Shown here: in pieces, positions 26,749 through 39,949 of the stretch | How positions within the stretch are numbered: the first letter of the stretch is position 1 | Layout of the letters: the number at the start of each line of letters is the position of its first letter | Source: Octopus vulgaris | Lineage: Eukaryota | Direction of reading: 5' to 3' | NCBI GenBank assembly: GCA_951406725.2 | Contig: OX597824.1 | Coordinates: 85,560,001 to 85,624,000, forward strand | DNA length: 64,000 nt | Made by a program: the position numbers and the translations under genes | Notes under the pieces: generated by a model | Database searches by the model: none | The model's input: the letters and a program-made list of their open reading frames with translations, nothing else | What the model was told of the DNA's origin: nothing

Positions 26749-27135
26749 CATACACACATACATTCATTCATACATACATACATATATACATACATACATA
26801 CGTACGTACATACATACATACATACATACATACATACATACATACGTACATACGTACATTCATTCATACATACATATATACATACATACGTACGTACATA
26901 CATACAAATATACATACATACATACATACATACATACGTACATACATACATACATACAAACATACACGCATGCATATGTACATGCATACATAAATACATA
27001 CATGCATACGTACATACATATATGCATACATATAAATACATACATACATAAATACATGCATACATGATTACATACATACACACTTACATACATGCATGCA
27101 TATGTACAGACATACATGCATGCATACAGACATAT
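26625..27135. repeat. (TACA)n degenerate microsatellite
   Basis: Visible directly. Confidence 0.95.
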
Positions 27136-27631
27136 ATACGTATGCACATCGACACACTATATACGCACACACACATGCAGAGATACGCACATACATGCAC
27201 TTTAACTCACATACACATATGCAAAACATAACTCTGTCTATAGAACGCAAAAGTACATTCATACGCACGTAAGAGTACAAGTGCACGTGCAAAATACACA
27301 TTATAGCTACGGAAACACAGTCACGTGCACATCTTTAAACACATATTTATGATCATACGTACAAAAACGTGCAGATGTTATACATACACATCACACTTAA
27401 CTAATCATACATATACTCACACGCACCTACAAACATACACACACAGACACTCACATATATACACGCACACACACACACACACACATTACACCTACACATT
27501 TATTCACACCCATATGCATAAATCCTCGCACAAACATACAAAATCGCTGCACATAAATCTACACGTATACATTACTCCACATAAACGTACATAATACATA
27601 TACAAACACAGTTACACACACACACAAACAG

Positions 27632-27664
<33 letters not shown>

Positions 27665-28104
27665 GGTGCACATATAACGTGCCTCCTTTGACGGTTTCTG
27701 TGTTTTAAGTTCTCTGAGATCATAGATATGAAAACAAACCAAATATATTTTGAGTTAATGCTGAGCTATTATAAAAGTGAGCCATATTTCTTTTAGGAAG
27801 ATCTAAAAGCAGTTAATGGAGAATAATGTCATAGCTGGGCAGAAAAATTGTCCTAATATAGTCACATGGATGAAGGTGTGTGGTCTAGTGGTTAGTCTGC
27901 TACACTCACGGTCGCCAGGTCGTGGCTTCGATTTCTGGAATGGGCAATATGTCGTGTCCTGAAGCAAAACACTTCTTTCGTGTTACTCCACTTTACTCAG
28001 TTGTACATGAGTAACTCGTTTTTCGTTCTCATTTTTTTTTACGACACTTGCAAACTGAATGTAGAGTTTTCTTGGTACCAAGTAAATTACTTATTCTTTA
28101 TATG

Positions 28105-28300
28105 TACTAAGGGGTGCGGAAAAGTTTCTTGCTTTAAGGATATCGCTAAAAGCCTGGTTGGCGGCTCAATCTTTCGAGTCCTTTTACAGGGTTTAGAAAA
28201 ACTGAGGGACTACTGCAATATATGTGATAATCTGAGAGAGAAATATGTTGAATAAAATCATAATTAACTGATCCTCCTATATTTTCTTTTACCCAAAGAA
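28105..28300 (+). mobile_element. Internally deleted mariner element
   Basis: GLEKLRDYCNICDNLREKYVE* resembles the mariner C-terminus; TIR-like start aaggggtgcggaaaagtt. Confidence 0.6.
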
Positions 28301-28899
28301 TAGGTTAGGTGTGCCAAACTTGATAACAAACCTTCAGATTTTGCTGATTGAAAGTACTGATGGTGGAAGCTCTAACGTTTATATCTATGGGACGATATCC
28401 AGGTGCACATCTGCGCTCATTGGGGAAAGTTTTGTTTTTATAGTTTAGCTACGTATCCGGACGGGGAGAGATCTTTAGCGTAATTCTTTTTTCCGCCAAG
28501 CTGAGCCTGCACCTTCTACTGCAATTAAAGTAAGGTTCGCTCTCCTCCAGTACTCTCTACTTGCTGTTGTAATCCGCGGCGCTTCCAACGGCCATATGTA
28601 CCTAGTTATGGTTGCGACATTTCGCTTCTGGATATTAATGGACTTGTAGCTGTTAAATCTGAACCTGAAGTGACCTGTTGCGGCTACACATTTCCATACG
28701 GCTTTCTACAGGACCTGTTGACACCACCTATATATATATATATATATATAATCCAAATAATAAGACAAAGAAATACTTTGACACATCTTTACTATGACTG
28801 AGCTTCCACCTGTTCCTCAAAGACAAAGCAATTTCACCAAGTACGTAGAACCATCATCGCTACTTTCAGTTCGTGGATAGAATCCAATCGTTTATCCCA

Positions 28900-29642
28900 C
28901 TTCAGGTAGTCGACAATCGTCAGACGACTTGTCCTACGCTTGCCGGTACTATGCTGTTGGTTTGAGAACACAAGTTTTGATTCTTCTTCTTCAAGATGTC
29001 ATGCAATGGCGTGATATGCGGAGACGTTGCTCTCTGATATTGTCGGTCACTTTTGAAAGGTTTCCGTAGAGATCCTCATTGGTCATGTGTTGCTGCCATT
29101 CCGAGCATCCTTGTGTTGCCGCCATCTATACTCTTATCTGCTTGTTTAATAAGTGTCCATGTTTTGCTGCCAAACAAGAGCACTGACTCAACAGTGGCAA
29201 GAAACAGTGTGGTTATTGTTCCCCTCAACAGTTGCGACTTCTAAAATCTCTTGAGTTTGCGACTCGCTGCCCAAGATTGTCCATTTCTGACTTTGATATC
29301 AGCATCAGAGCTGCTTACACAGCTACCAAGATACCTGAAATCCAAAAAACGAATTCATCTTTGATCCGTTCATTGCTCGCTGATCAAGGTCTTTGTTTTG
29401 ATTGAAGGAAATGTACGCCATTTTTCTTCGCATTTGTGAGAAGACCGATTTTACTTGATGAGGTCTCTACGCTTGAGAAACATTAGAAATGAGTGCTATA
29501 TCATCAGCGAAGTCGAAGTCGATTATGATGATAGGTGATACTCGGCGTGGTCTGTGTCTGTAGATGGTGAATCCTAAGCTTTCTTCTCTGTTGCCGATTG
29601 CTTGGCGCACTACATAGTCCAGGACAATGGCAAACAGATATG
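28900..29642 (-). pseudogene. RTE-like reverse transcriptase fragment
   Basis: [15 protein letters not shown]...DFDFADDIALIS, FRYLGS motif downstream, frameshifted. Confidence 0.85.
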
Positions 29643-29656
29643 AGCACACACACAGA

Positions 29657-29750
<94 letters not shown>

Positions 29751-29846
29751 CATAATGCGTTGCTCCAGCATGGCCGCAGTCGAATGACTGAAATAAGTAA
29801 TGGAGTAAAAGAATATATATATATACATACATATATATATATACAT

Positions 29847-29910
<64 letters not shown>

Positions 29911-30006
29911 CGGGAAGCTTTATGAAAATAAACAAAAGACGAAGGCAGGTGGAATATAAACAAACAATTGTATTAGTATGGCACTCAGGAATATAAATAA
30001 AACAAG

Positions 30007-30044
30007 TCTTTTACGTTTCGAGCCTACGCTCTTCAACAGAAAGA
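30007..30044 (-). ncRNA. Minimal hammerhead (CUGUUGA, A6U variant) within a ~160-bp (TA)n-flanked element (29908-30066)
   Basis: tcttt CTGTTGA a-gagc-gtag-gctc GAAA cg TA aaaga. Confidence 0.7.
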
Positions 30045-31030
30045 TACACAGAAAAGAAACACAGAAATATATATATATATATAAATTCATATATATATTT
30101 GCATACACACACACACATGTATGTATGTTTGTATGCATGCATGCATGTATCTATGTATGTATGTTAATATCGGGAAGCAAATCATAAATATTCATTCACC
30201 CAAATGCAATTCTGAAATGGAATATATACAATAGCCTTACTTACAGGTGTTTTATTCAGTGCAGAATTTTCAGTCCCATTGACTTCACATGACTAGAGAT
30301 TTGTGACGTTCATGCCCTTCCGAATGCGTTAACGAAATATATGAAACTGTTAGGTCAAGAGACTCGGTCAGAACCTAGGTCATATACGTATTTCTCTTTA
30401 CGCTTTTTCCCACTTAATCAACCTTATACATACCACGGCGTATAACGTAAGTACATATGTGAGCATGACGTAATTGTTACCTCTCACTAACACTCTACCA
30501 AGTGGCAAGCTACTATGGAAGGAGAATGTGCAACAGAACGAAGTTAAAAATGAATTCTCCATTCTTGAAAGCTCATTGTGTCCACTCGACAATTTTCAAG
30601 AAGTGATTAGACATTCTCCTGTATGTAGTAGCTGTTTATAGGTCAGTACCCTTCACTGACAGACAAGACATTGGTGGGAGAGTGGGAACAATTAAGACAC
30701 CGGTGGTGACCATTCAAGAAAAGTGAGTGAACTTTAAAGTGGACACGGTGACCACAGAGTGAGAGACATACATGTATTTGAAGGATATGCATTGTGTGAG
30801 AGTAATGTATGTGTAGGGTGCATTTGAATACATTTACATGTATGCATGCACACATACACACACATGCATGTATACATATATATCATGATTTCGCTTCGGC
30901 ATAGCAATACCAAAAACCGTTTGTTAGAATTAAATATACTTATGCTTATAAGAAAATGAAAATGGTTGAGCAAATCTAGATCTTTAATTATGCATTGAGA
31001 TGCATACATATTTACAAACACACACACACG

Positions 31031-31063
<33 letters not shown>

Positions 31064-31262
31064 AGTTTACATATGAGAGGCAGACATTCTCCGTATAGAA
31101 GACAGTAGTTCTCAAAAGATTGAAACTTATATTCCTTTGTATTTACAAGGTAAAGAAAGGCTATAAGAGGGATCGTGATGAGCAGACAAAGAGGCAATTA
31201 TGCGGATAAATAAATTAGACGCATCAAATATATTAAATATATTAGTTTGGGTATGAAATACC

Positions 31263-31449
31263 CAATACGTATATATGTATACATGCAAAGTGAGAGAGAG
31301 CAAAAGTTGGAAACTTTCAGTTGATAAGTTTTTTTTAAATATAAATATACAGATATACACACGCCCATATATATACATAAGAAATGATTAGACATTCTCT
31401 TGTGTGTGTATATATATATATATATATATACACACAGATATACACACGC

Positions 31450-31493
<44 letters not shown>

Positions 31494-31775
31494 GCGTGTG
31501 TATATCTGTATATTTATATTTAAAAAAACTTTATCATCTGAAAGTTTCCAACTTTTACTCTCTCTCACTTTGCATGTATACATATATACGTATTGTGTAT
31601 TTCCATCATTTCATTTCGTTATGTACTTTTAGGTTACACTAATATGATGATGCACAGTACAACTGTATATATATATATATGTACGTACGTACGTATATAT
31701 ATGTCTGTGGTGTGTGTGTCTATGAATATACATATATATATATAAAGGTACAAATATACATATGCATATACATGC

Positions 31776-31806
<31 letters not shown>

Positions 31807-31927
31807 TGTATGTATGTATGTATGTATGTATGTATGTATGTATAGCGTAAGTACAGATACAGAGTTGTACTGTGCATCATCATATTAGTTTAACCTAAAA
31901 GTACATAACGAAATGAAATGATGGAAA
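31263..31927. repeat. Two adjacent microsatellite-centred inverted duplications (31263-31595; 31600-31927)
   Basis: ~110-bp and ~65-bp near-perfect arms of otherwise unique sequence. Confidence 0.9.
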
Positions 31928-32193
31928 GCAGAATCTTTTTCCAATGGTTTGAGAGAGAGAGAGGGGGAGGAGAGAAAACGAGTAAATTAAATGAAGGTAG
32001 AAATGTATTACTATATGCTACTCATAAACCGAAAGCTGGGTTTAACTGCTTCTCTGTAAAATTATATACTATCCTATAATTTATATCTTCATCTACTTCA
32101 AGCTCCACTGCTAAAACGAATTATTTCACGTCTTTGCATGACGTATATATAATAAAAGTGGCTTATTCGAAATATACACGCATGCATATATAC

Positions 32194-32254
<61 letters not shown>

Positions 32255-32604
32255 TACATATATATGCATGCATATATATGCATACATATATATACATGAC
32301 CACAGTCAAATGACTGAAACAAGTAAAAGAGCAAAGAGCAATATATAGATAGATAGATATAAATATAGATATATACATATATATATATATATATAATAAT
32401 TCTCTAAAAGAGATATAGACAGTAACTGCTCGATAACATAAGGGACTAAAGCCATCTGAATATGGCTAGGGACAGGGCAGGGTGGTGGGGGTGTTACTGT
32501 TGCATTTAGCCCCAGGCGAACATCGACGTCACCAGAAAGGCTCGACACCGTCACGGTGTCCTTATCCTGCAAAGGGAGGTAATTCCCCGATGAAGCGGAA
32601 ACCA

Positions 32605-32650
32605 CACACGGACCATGGTTTCAAGGTGTATTGCCTATCGTCGGCGTGTG
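32605..32650 (-). ncRNA. Extended type I hammerhead ribozyme
   Basis: Reverse complement of 32888-32933. Confidence 0.85.
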
Positions 32651-32887
32651 GTAGGCTTCCGCTTCCTCGACGAATTCTCACTCTGCAGGATATTCATATA
32701 TAGATTTTCAAGCAAAATACAGATGGCTTTAGTCCCTTATGTTATCGAGCAGTTACTGTCTATATCTCTTTTAGAGAATTATTATTGCTTTCGAACAGAT
32801 TTTCGAAATCAGCAAATGTATTTTGCTTGAAAATCTATATATGAATATCCTGCAGAGTGAGAATTCGTCGAGGAAGCGGAAGCCTAC

Positions 32888-32933
32888 CACACGCCGACGA
32901 TAGGCAATACACCTTGAAACCATGGTCCGTGTG
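32888..32933 (+). ncRNA. Extended type I hammerhead ribozyme (CCGACGA core)
   Basis: gaagcggaagcc-tac-cacacg CCGACGA t-agg-caataca-cct-t GAAA ccatgg TC cgtgtg-t-ggtttccgcttc: 6-bp plus 12-bp stem I with internal loop. Confidence 0.85.
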
Positions 32934-33101
32934 TGGTTTCCGCTTCATCGGGGAATTACCTCCCTTTGCAGGATAAGGACACCGTGACGGTGTCGAGCCT
33001 TTCTGGTGACGTCGATGTTCGCCTGGGGCTAAATGCAACAGTAACATCCCCACCACCCTGCCCTGTCCCTAGCCATATTCAGATGGCTTTAGTCCCTTAT
33101 G

Positions 33102-33175
<74 letters not shown>

Positions 33176-33212
33176 TATATATATATATATATATATAGAG
33201 GGAGAGAGAGAG

Positions 33213-33278
<66 letters not shown>

Positions 33279-34031
33279 AGTGAGTGAGAGAGAAAGTAGA
33301 GAGAAAGATAGATAGATACGTTATGCATGTATGTATGTGTGTGCGTCTTTGTGTTTATCTGTCACCACATGAGAAAGTATGTTAACGAATCGATTGAGCC
33401 CCCATAACGAATCGCTTGGGTCGCCGTAACGAATCGCTTGGGTCCCCGTAACGAATCGCTTGGGCAAAAGGTGTCCGATCACACTTAACTACTGAGTTCG
33501 ATTTGATTGGCTAAATCCTTCAAGACGGTACCCAAACATAGTGGCAGTTCTATACAAGCAAAAAAAATTGTATGTAAATGTGTGTGTGTATGTGTGTAGG
33601 GGGGGGGGGGGGCTGTGTGTGTACCTGGTCCACAAATGCAGCTAAAAACAGAGTAAGAACAGATACCCCCACGGGAGTCGAACAACGCATCTATGTCCCG
33701 CTACGTGACTGTGCTACCGTGTATGCCATGTAAACTCCGGAGAGGCAATATTGTCCAAATAAGACCTATGTACTCGTTAAGTTGACAATCTAGTCTTCTC
33801 TCTTCTCATATGAAAATTACAGTCAATTTAGTAACTTCTTCACCTCCAGTAATAGATAAGCTTATACAATCTGTGACACTGGACCCACGTAGACCAGCAT
33901 CAAATTGAAATTTTCTACTAGTTGTAAAGTGCATATTCAATGTCGTAAGGTTTATTTAATATATGCTGAACAAACACATGTTTACAAACTCATGCGGCCA
34001 GAGCTAATCTGAATTTCCAAGGTATATAAGA

Positions 34032-34219
34032 CAATGCTCCGTAACTGGTATACCGCAGCACACTGGTGTGCCACGAGACGATGCTAGATGCGACGCAGTG
34101 TAACCTGAATATAATTTTTTACTCCTATACTTTTAGTTATATTTTTAGTTTGGGTGTGCCGCAAAATTTTGAGAAGACTCTAAGCATACCGAAAATGAAA
34201 AGAGGTTTTAGAGCACTGA
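34032..34219. mobile_element. hAT-type MITE
   Basis: caatgctc...gagcactg TIRs, internal gtgtgccgc motifs. Confidence 0.55.
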
Positions 34220-34235
34220 TATAAGTGACTAATAG

Positions 34236-34617
34236 TGGAGGCGCAATGGCCCAGTGGTTAGGACAGCGGACTCGCGGTCATAGGATCGTGGTTTCGATTC
34301 CCAGACCGGGCGTTGTGAGTGTTTATTGAGCGAAAACACCTAAAGCTCCACGAGGCTCCGGCAGGGGTGGTGGTGATCCCTGCTGTACTCTTTCACCACA
34401 ACTTTCTCTCACTCTTACTTCCTGTTTCTGTTGTACCTGTATTTCAAAGGGCCGGCCTTGTCACTCTCTGTGTCACGCTGAATATCCCCGAGAACTACGT
34501 TAAGGGTACACGTGTCTGTGGAGTGCTCAGCCACTTACACGTTAATTTCACGAGCAGGCTGTTCCGTTGATTCGGATCAACCGGAACCCTCATCGTCGTA
34601 ACCGACGGAGTGCTTCC
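34236..34617 (+). mobile_element. tRNA-derived SINE family B, full length with 15-bp TSD
   Basis: tggcccagtggttag..ggtttcgattccc boxes; TSD ataagtgactaatag at 34221-34235 and 34618-34632. Confidence 0.95.
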
Positions 34618-34883
34618 ATAAGTGACTAATAGAATAAAATTCTCTTCTGACTAGAACACTAGTTCATCGAAATCCTGACTCACGGGTATCTAATGTTCTT
34701 ATTTCCAGCTGTGTAGGCTACAGCTACGTGGAATAGAGCACCTTCCTGAAAGTCACAATGCGCAACTCAGTCCGAGAAGCGAACTCATGACCAAACGATC
34801 GTAAGTCCAATTCCTTAACTACAAGACCACACGTCTTGAATTTGATATATAGCAGTAGAAGTTTAGTAAAGCAATATAAGCAA

Positions 34884-35186
34884 CTAGCAGTATCGCCTGG
34901 CGTTGCTCGGGGTTGTAAGGGAAATAACTATAAGCATTTTAGAGAGTTACTTCCCTTATATAACCAGAGCAAAAATCATTAAAAACGCAGAAAAATGATG
35001 GTAATTTTTTTTTAAATCGTAGACTCATCGTAGACGCGCGCTAATACCCAGAAGGGCTCGATATGAATGACGACTATAAGATACCTGCTTTTGGTTAAAC
35101 TGCACTACAAAATGTGGGAGTAGTTAGGAATCTAAATCGGAGGAGACAGAGTCTCACACGCACAACTTCAATTTTATATATAAAGA
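34884..35186 (-). mobile_element. Non-autonomous Helitron
   Basis: TC...hairpin-CTAG, A|T site; copies at 54691 and 60314. Confidence 0.88.
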
Positions 35187-36159
35187 TGAAGCCAAATATA
35201 TATGGTTAAATAATAAATAACTAAGAGTAGACAGTAAGGGTTAAGTTTCTTAATATGTTACGAAAGCGTCATAGTAATGTCACTGAAACAGAGAACTCCG
35301 ACAGGTTGAAGAATCAGAATTGAATATGCTAGTCTCTGTGAGCCTGAATTAATGTGTGTACATATGTATGTATATGTGTCTGAATGTATGTGCATATGTA
35401 TGTATGTATGTATGCACGCACACACACACACACACACACACATGCATGCATATCTGTGTGTGTAAGTATGTGTCATGTGTCTAGGAGTGCGTTGTATTAC
35501 ATGGGCGTCTATGTTTAAGTTGAGTAATTCTATTCAGGATTCCTCTTATTTCCTCTCTTCATTACGCCATTGTATTTAGTTAGGAACATTTAGCGATTCT
35601 AGGGGCCGAATAAGAAAAAAAAATATGTAAAATCATTCATAGACAAAACTCGAGCGCGAATTTGCTATAAAGAAAGCCTGATCCCAAGTTATCCCTCTCT
35701 CTCTCTCTATCTCTCTTTCTCTATCTATCTACTTATCTATTTGTTTGTCTGTCTAAATCTTTCCCTGTTCTTGTATCTCTCTCTTTCTCTCTCTCGCTAT
35801 ATATGTGAGTCGGAGCATATACACGGTTATCTGTATTTAGCGGTCATGAGGACAAGACTTTTATCTTTTTAATTAAGTTTCGTTATATCATTCCAAAAAT
35901 ACCGTTCTTAAAATAAATACATAGAAATTATTGTATTCGGCATTTTCTCAATGATTTGAAAATTCTCAAACTAATGGCAAGTTCGCGCATAAAAAAAAAG
36001 GAGAAGAAACGATCTAGAATTTTAAGATAATCAGAAAAAGAAATAGAAATTTTGCGATTAAAATCTGTATCAAGAATATCATCTTTTTCAAATTAAAGCA
36101 TATATACATATGTATTGAATAAAACTATGTATGTATGTTTGAATGTATGTATGTATGTA

Positions 36160-36495
36160 CACCCAGAACGATACTAATATCTTAAGAATGAAGTTTAGGA
36201 TTTCTCGTTTTTTTTTTTTTTAATCGATTTTGATAAAACTTTTCCCAGCTTGTTTGCACGCTATGGCAACTCCATTGTTAGGTTTTCATTACTCTGTGTA
36301 ACGTCCTTTCTTTTTTTATTTCTGATGCTTCTGCTTTTAGGAGAACCACGCTAATAGCATCTTTCCTCTCTAAGAAAGATGGGACGTGGAAAAGGCCTTA
36401 ACGATGAAGAAAAGTCTGTCATCATCAAGGAAGGTGCTAAAGGCACCTCTCTTCATGTCATTGCGGAGATGTTAGGTCGTCATGTGGACACCTTT
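36160..36495 (+). mobile_element. 5' fragment of a Tc1-like transposon
   Basis: ATG 36379: MGRGKGLNDEEKSVIIKEGAKGTSLHVIAEMLGRHVDT (paired-like HTH), truncated at (TA)n. Confidence 0.7.
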
Positions 36496-36500
36496 ATATG

Positions 36501-36540
<40 letters not shown>

Positions 36541-36545
<5 letters not shown>

Positions 36546-36748
36546 ATCCAAACATGAACACACAAAGAGAAAACACAAGAACGCGAGGACGTGGAACAAA
36601 TATAGTATTATTGGACGCTCAGGAAGGAAGGAAAGAAGGAGGGTTTAACGTTTCGAGCGGAACTCTTCGTCAGAAACATAGGAAAAGGAAAGATCCAAAG
36701 AAGGGAAGACGGAGGGAAAAAATCGCCAACGGTACACACGCGGTCAGA
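36541..36748 (-). mobile_element. Second copy of the ~200-bp hammerhead element
   Basis: Inverted match to 9745-9948; 3' end abuts (TA)n. Confidence 0.85.
36643..36677 (-). ncRNA. Minimal hammerhead ribozyme, canonical core
   Basis: gttt CTGACGA a-gagt-tcc-gctc GAAA cg TT aaac. Confidence 0.85.
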
Positions 36749-36863
36749 CTGAAAAAGACTGAAACCAGTACTAGAATGTTCTTCATGATAAAATTATTTT
36801 AGCATTTTCTACCTTGTCTTATTTTTCTTATATATATCAACTCGTGGGTTCCTTTTCAACCTT

Positions 36864-36915
<52 letters not shown>

Positions 36916-37175
36916 TATATATATATTTTTTTTCAATTTTTCGAACAGCGACACCAATTTCGGGGAATTGGATAAGTTGATTACATTTACCCTAGTACAT
37001 GACAGGTACTTCTTTTATTGACCCCGAAAGGACGAAAACGAAATCGATCTCGATGGAATTTAAACTCAAAACGTAAAGACGGACGAAATACCGCTAAGCA
37101 TTTTGCCCGGCGCGCTAACGAATCTGCCAGTACGCCGCCTTATATGCATTATATATATACTGATACGTATTATAT

Positions 37176-37236
<61 letters not shown>

Positions 37237-37451
37237 CGTGCGCGTGTCTGTATGTGTGTCGTTGCACTTAATTACTTATGAAGGAAAAGTACTTTTGGCA
37301 AGATAAATTATTTCTCCTTTGTTTGCCGATGTACTGGGAAGCCTACCTACTTTGAATCACAGATTCCCTTCCGGTATTCTCTTTCAGTGGTGCTTGGCGC
37401 TGCGTTCACTTGCACTAAACTTGTGTGAAAGAACAATAAGAAGCGACATGT

Positions 37452-37638
<187 letters not shown>

Positions 37639-37765
37639 GTCTATCTGTCTGTCTGCAAGCCTGCGTGCCTACCAGTCTATCTGCCTGCTTGCTTGTCAGT
37701 CTCAGTCAGTTTTTATTTACGTATGCATGTATATTTATCCACACACGTAGGATAAAAAAAATTAA

Positions 37766-39112
37766 TCTCTGTTTATATATGTATATATATATATAGTATA
37801 TATAAATCGCAGTATGGCTAACGCATACATTTCCACAATTCTCAACCGATTTTCACCGAACTTTACGCACTCATTACTTATGTCCCAAAGATGGTCATGC
37901 ACTATAACATTTTGCCCAGAGCTCCCGCATAAATAGGCGTAAATGGACATAGATTTTTTGTATGTGGGATTTTCCATACTTTTAAAAATCTTTTTATAAA
38001 ATTGAAAGGATTTTGTCTATTTATTTATCTATTTCCACTGTCTACCTATATAAACCACAGTATGTATAATGCCTAAAGCATACATTTCTACAATTCTCAA
38101 ACGATTTTCACCAAACTTTACACATACACATTACTTTTGTCTCAATGACGATCATGTACTTTAATATTTTGCCCAGAGCTCCCGTGTAATTGGATGTAAA
38201 TGGACATAATTTTTTTGTATGTAGTGTCTTCTATGCTTTTTAAATCTTTTTATGAAAGTGAAAGGACTTTGTCTATTTCCACTATCCACCTACGACATGG
38301 ATTCAATTGACTAGGAACACTGTACGCGATGAATATCCAAAACCAAACTATCTTAATCTACATATTTAAACTGCATTAAACTTTGGCAAGCTTACCTCTT
38401 AATCTGTTCTGAGTTACTTGAAAGGTGATGTTCCCTTCCTTCCTATTTGTTGATACCTTTGTTTACCTTTGATGCCGTTGTTTCACTTTAAGGATGCTTA
38501 TTTATTCATCCATTATGATATTTGCACTGTTGTCCATTGTTTCTTTAGCAAATACGTTTCTTTAGCATTGTTGTTCTAGCCCCTTTTAAACAATCACATA
38601 TGATTCATCCCAAAGAATCAACCTTTAAATAAGAGTTTTGCTTCCACTAGCGAAAGCTATACGTATCTTTCAGAAAGCTCCATACCAATTTAACTTTTTG
38701 CAACATTTGCTGTTATTTTATGCGCAGGCTATGTGGGAAGACAGAATAAAGGGACTTTTGTTAGTATATCTCTCCGAAAAAATAGCTCTCTTTACTTCAC
38801 TTTCCTTACACCATTTATGCAGCTGTTACTGACAAGAAATTTCGCTTTCATGTAAAACAACTATATTTTGTTGTCATTATCCGTAATCTACTCCCAAAAC
38901 ACTTCAGTAGCTCTACTTTGCATCACTTGCAAATTTATGTTCTATGATCATTAAAGTACAATGACCTCCACAATAACCAGCCTTCAATTTGATTTTCTTA
39001 GGTTAATCCATGCTACCCATAATCCTTAATCCTTCTCGGTAGTTCAATTATTTGGTAAAAAAGATATCACCAAAGCACTTAAAACTATCCAAAGGACGGG
39101 TACATTTGCTAG
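37766..39112 (+). mobile_element. Older non-autonomous Helitron with ~240-bp internal tandem duplication
   Basis: A|TC start, accgattttcaccgaacttt motif, gacgggtacatttgCTAG|T end. Confidence 0.6.
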
Positions 39113-39187
39113 TGTATATATATATATGTTTGACGTCTATGTTTAGCATATAGGCTGTCCACTTTTTGTGGTCAGTCCTCTAAATTT

Positions 39188-39230
<43 letters not shown>

Positions 39231-39949
39231 CTTATACATATTAACTCGTGTGTTACTTTTCAACCTTCTACATATATATATTCTGAGTTTCAGGTAAGCA
39301 ACCATCAGTAAGTCGTGAGAACTCAGAACAAATTTATGGGTTATAAGTATAAACCGTGACGTAATGATTATTTCGCAACTCATCGAAGAAACACTTAAAG
39401 CTGATAGGTTATAGCCTTATTACTAAACAAAATAACGGGAGCCTCGTGGTTGAAAAACGATTGGTCGAAACGCAATACAATAAACATTAAAAACTGAAAT
39501 AAAAAATGGTTAATATATTCGTAGAAACAGACATAATATTATGCGGATGAAAACAATGAAAGAAAAAAATCGCTTTTAGAGACTAAGAATTAAAGGACAA
39601 TATATTTTGATAAAAATAAAAATTTATATTAAAAATTAAATCAAGGATGAATGAATGAATAAATGCAAAATAGAAATAACAAAAAATGCAAAAATAAATG
39701 AGTTTATTACAAGGAAAAGAAAGGTCCACTCGTGGACGAAAATAAAAGAGCAACAGATATAATCTGAGAGGTGGGGAAGAAGGAAAAAACAAGGAAAAGA
39801 CAACGGGACAAAAACAGAGAAAAATAAAATGACAGATGGCAGCAAAGTTTAAAAGTAGTAATAGTAATAACCGAGAGTTTGTATCTAATACGGATAGCTA
39901 TAAACACAAGGGAGCGGTGGGAACGATTTGCAAGCATACATAGATAGTG

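Larger units (their letters stand above)
32394..33104. mobile_element. Retrozyme-like element: 360-nt unit in an inverted plus greater-than-monomer arrangement within (TA)n
   Basis: Plus tract 32720-33104 begins and ends with cagatggctttagtcccttatgtta (period 360); 32394-32721 is an almost identical inverted copy; one HHR per arm. Confidence 0.85.

Noticed and set aside
32306-32605. ORFs in the 360-nt unit (MVSASSGNY...)
   Set aside because: Not evident in the homologous 355-nt unit; conservation is structural rather than coding
32586-32615. Apparent plus-strand hammerhead CCGATGA-agcg-GAAAcc
   Set aside because: It is the complement of the extended stem I of the real minus-strand HHR; no stem II and no UH site
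33383-33464. Four 22-bp repeats (taacgaatcgcttggg...) resembling a CRISPR array
   Set aside because: No unique spacers, eukaryotic context; a minisatellite within a decayed SINE C
34238-34310. tRNA-like sequences
   Set aside because: SINE heads lacking a proper acceptor stem
34319-34570. Recurrent ORF MVVIPAVLFHHNFLSLL... in several copies
   Set aside because: Chance frame inside SINE B
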